Below, piece after piece: positions 23,663 to 26,248 of a DNA stretch of 26,248 nt. Source of the stretch: a virus (Duplodnaviria > Caudoviricetes). Position numbers and translations under genes: made by a program. Each line of letters starts with the position of its first letter. The stretch's first letter is position 1. The notes under the pieces were generated by a model. The model searched no databases, was not told the origin of the DNA, and saw only the letters and a program-made list of their open reading frames with translations. The stretch spans positions 1 to 26,248 of the IMG/VR virus record IMGVR_UViG_3300016265_000497, one strand, 5' to 3'.

Positions 23663-26185
23663 GTGGCAACAACACCAATCAAATATCGAATTTCTTCTGT
23701 AGCACCAAAGCCCACTGCGGATTCAATTAAAGGTGCTCCACTCACATCACTTGAGATCGATGGTAACTTTCGATCAATTAAAGACTCTATTGACGCAGAA
23801 GGAGCTAGGCTCGATGCAAGTATTGCAACACAAGCTGATCGTATTGATGACATCATCCTAAACGGTATTGGTAGCATTCTTGCTCGACATACCGCAACAG
23901 CAACTGCTGGACAGACTGTGTTTGATCTGCCATTCACGTACTCGCCCGGCGCTAATAATCTTGTTGTCTTCGTTAATGGTCTACTATCTGAGCGTGGGGC
24001 GGACTACACAGAGACTTCTGGTACTCGCGTCACATTCAATTCTGGACTTGAAGTTGGTCAGGAAGTAACATTTCTCACTAACGTCAGTCCAGCACCAGCA
24101 GCTCCTCTGTATTCTGTTGCTGGCATTACTTCGTATACGCTTACGAGTAATGGTGTGTTGACTTCGTTTGCACTACCAGTTGCTGTACTGAACAAAGACA
24201 ATACTCAAGTCTTTGTCAACGGTATCTATCAAGAGAAAGCTAACTACAGCATTGCTGGTTCTACTCTTGCGTTCAGCGAAGCGCCTGTTGCTGGTAAAGT
24301 TGAAGTCGTTGTTCAGAGTTCTCTTGCAATTGGTGAGAATCTAGCAACCCAAGTTAGTTATACTCCAGCTGGCACCGGCGCAGTCGCCACGACTGTGCAA
24401 ACCAAACTGCGTCAGTCGGTAAGCGTTTTTGATTTCATGACCCCAGAGCAGATTGCCGATGTGCAGGCCGGAACGAAGTTGGTTGATGTGACTGTTGCCA
24501 TGCAAAATGCTGTGGCAAGCGGAGCAAAGCGTATTTATGTACCCCAAGGTGACTGCGCAATCAGCGGCGCTTTGGAACTGCAAAGCAATATAGAGATATT
24601 TGGTGCTGGTTATGCGTCAAAAATTACGTCAACAGGAACAAACAAACGAGTATTTTTCGCCACCAATAAAAATTTTATCACTGTGCGAAATCTGTTCATC
24701 AATGGAAATTTGACCGGAAACGGCTCAACTTCCGCTGGTAGTAATGGTGGCGATGGGATTTTTTTCTCCGGATGTGAAAATATCTTGGTTGAGGGTTGCT
24801 TTTTTGACAACATAGGGCAATCAACTTATGTAGGGGGTGCTAACAGTATTGAATTGTACCAATCCAATAAAGCGATAATTCGTGGAAATACTTTCCTTTC
24901 TAACAGCAAAAGTCGAACTGGCGCCGACATTGCCTTCGGTTATTACTGCTCTACGGTTACAGTAACTGAAAACATTAGTTATTCCGAGCACGATTCATTT
25001 GTTTCTGGTGCTGCTGTCGGTGTTACTGATTCGGATACCGCGTACCACGTTGTTTCCAATAACATCGGTTTGCGTTCTGCTGCATCTGACGCTCGCAGCG
25101 GTATTCTTTTACCCTATAACGGAAAACCCGCGTTTAGCACCATTGCTAATAATGTAATGGTGAACTTCCCGGCTAACGGAATTTATGTGTCGGCGGGTGC
25201 TACTGCCGGTGCCGGCAATTCTGCTGGTGTGACGGTCACAGGTAACGTTGTTCGGTATTGCGGCGGCACCTCAAGTATGGCTGGAATTTCTTCTGGTATT
25301 TATTTGTCCGGGCGGGGTGGTGCAACGTGTTGCGGTAACTTGGTGGTCAAGTCCGGTTATAAATCTGACGGCACAACTCGCACCAACACTGTTCCGGGAA
25401 TTCGGGTCACAAATACCAGCCGGAACATAAGCATTACCGGAAATACAGTATCGGAGTCTCGTGGGTACGGAATCGAATTTTACAACGCAGGCAGCGTTGT
25501 AATGGAAACCATTACTGTTTGCGAAAACGTGTTGTTTGATAATGTATCTGGTGGATTTAACATTTCTGTTACCAACGCTTCCTCCATTTTTAAAGACGTT
25601 TCAATTGTCGGTAATAACATTAAACAAGAAAACAACGACGCCCACGGAATTACGATTACGCAATCTGGCAGTGCGATTATTGCTGGGCCGTTGCACCTTA
25701 GTGGTAACAACATTGTAGGAGTTCCATCAAGCGTTAACTACGGCATCACTACCAACGTCGCGGGGATGACGAACTGGGGTATTTCAGACAACTCTGTAAA
25801 AAATTTCACGATAGGAATAAATTTTGCCGCAGCTACAATTGCCGATAAAGAAGTTGGATACAACTGCATTGTGCGTGGAAACATTTGTGACACTTGCACT
25901 TACGGTATTGGCATGAACATTGGTGCTGGCAAGTACGCATTTATTTATGACAACACTTACATTAACTGTGCGAATAATGTGGGTGATCCTGGGCGTATTT
26001 TTAATGCTGTGCGCTTAAACGGTAATGTAGTTCAGATTCAGAAACCTACCCCTCCGACTGACGGTGCTTGGGTAGTCGGTCAACAAGTTATCGACTCGAC
26101 GCCGGTATCTGGAACTCCGATGGGGTGGACTTGCTCAGTTGCCGGTAGTCCGGGAACTTGGATAGCAATGCCTAACTACGCCTAA
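23663..26185 (+). CDS. tail fibre/tail spike with right-handed beta-helix (pectin-lyase-like) domain
   Basis: AGGAG SD and GTG start. KGAPLT..EIDGNF N-terminus, two VFVNG repeat modules, YTPAGTGAVATTVQTKLRQSVSVFDF linker, G/N/I-rich repeats, GW.C..AGSPGTW end. Confidence 0.9.
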   Translation: MATTPIKYRISSVAPKPTADSIKGAPLTSLEIDGNFRSIKDSIDAEGARLDASIATQADRIDDIILNGIGSILARHTATATAGQTVFDLPFTYSPGANNLVVFVNGLLSERGADYTETSGTRVTFNSGLEVGQEVTFLTNVSPAPAAPLYSVAGITSYTLTSNGVLTSFALPVAVLNKDNTQVFVNGIYQEKANYSIAGSTLAFSEAPVAGKVEVVVQSSLAIGENLATQVSYTPAGTGAVATTVQTKLRQSVSVFDFMTPEQIADVQAGTKLVDVTVAMQNAVASGAKRIYVPQGDCAISGALELQSNIEIFGAGYASKITSTGTNKRVFFATNKNFITVRNLFINGNLTGNGSTSAGSNGGDGIFFSGCENILVEGCFFDNIGQSTYVGGANSIELYQSNKAIIRGNTFLSNSKSRTGADIAFGYYCSTVTVTENISYSEHDSFVSGAAVGVTDSDTAYHVVSNNIGLRSAASDARSGILLPYNGKPAFSTIANNVMVNFPANGIYVSAGATAGAGNSAGVTVTGNVVRYCGGTSSMAGISSGIYLSGRGGATCCGNLVVKSGYKSDGTTRTNTVPGIRVTNTSRNISITGNTVSESRGYGIEFYNAGSVVMETITVCENVLFDNVSGGFNISVTNASSIFKDVSIVGNNIKQENNDAHGITITQSGSAIIAGPLHLSGNNIVGVPSSVNYGITTNVAGMTNWGISDNSVKNFTIGINFAAATIADKEVGYNCIVRGNICDTCTYGIGMNIGAGKYAFIYDNTYINCANNVGDPGRIFNAVRLNGNVVQIQKPTPPTDGAWVVGQQVIDSTPVSGTPMGWTCSVAGSPGTWIAMPNYA

Positions 26186-26193
26186 CAATTATC

Positions 26194-26248
26194 ATGGGCG
26201 TCCGCACTGCCACCGGCCTGATCGCTTGGTACATCCGCGCCACGGGCT
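26194..26248 (+). CDS. 5' end of the next gene (partial)
   Basis: ATG 8 nt after the spike stop; MGVRTATGLIAWYIRATG runs off the window. Confidence 0.45.
   Translation, partial: MGVRTATGLIAWYIRATG

Noticed and set aside
1-26248. tRNA/rRNA genes and stop-codon reassignment
   Set aside because: No cloverleaf with a T-loop consensus was seen, and known genes are full length in the standard code.

Overview
Window from a large lytic dsDNA phage with T4-like core genes (ATP-dependent DNA ligase, dsbA, rnh, phoH, HNH homing endonuclease, TAAATA late-promoter-like motifs). Some small GC-richer genes hint at a betaproteobacterial host (inference). 1-4.5 kb: dense small early genes under consensus sigma70 promoters, including an Acb2 anti-CBASS homolog. 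4.5-10 kb: DNA/nucleotide metabolism genes plus an antisense lytic transglycosylase. 10-12.1 kb: a coupled pair of a processive GT2 glycan synthase and an outer-membrane beta-barrel. 12.1-12.8 kb: a highly structured non-coding block (nested long-range inverted repeats, iteron-like repeats, a kissing-loop leader) ahead of an AT-rich SF2-helicase/winged-helix gene. 15.3-20.8 kb: an effector-like cluster (ADP-ribosyltransferase fold, SLOG, T5 A1-like metallophosphoesterase, GNAT-like and GNAT+ART proteins). The end holds HNH, a possibly truncated gene, phoH and a beta-helix tail spike. All family calls come from motif recognition by eye; no searches were run.
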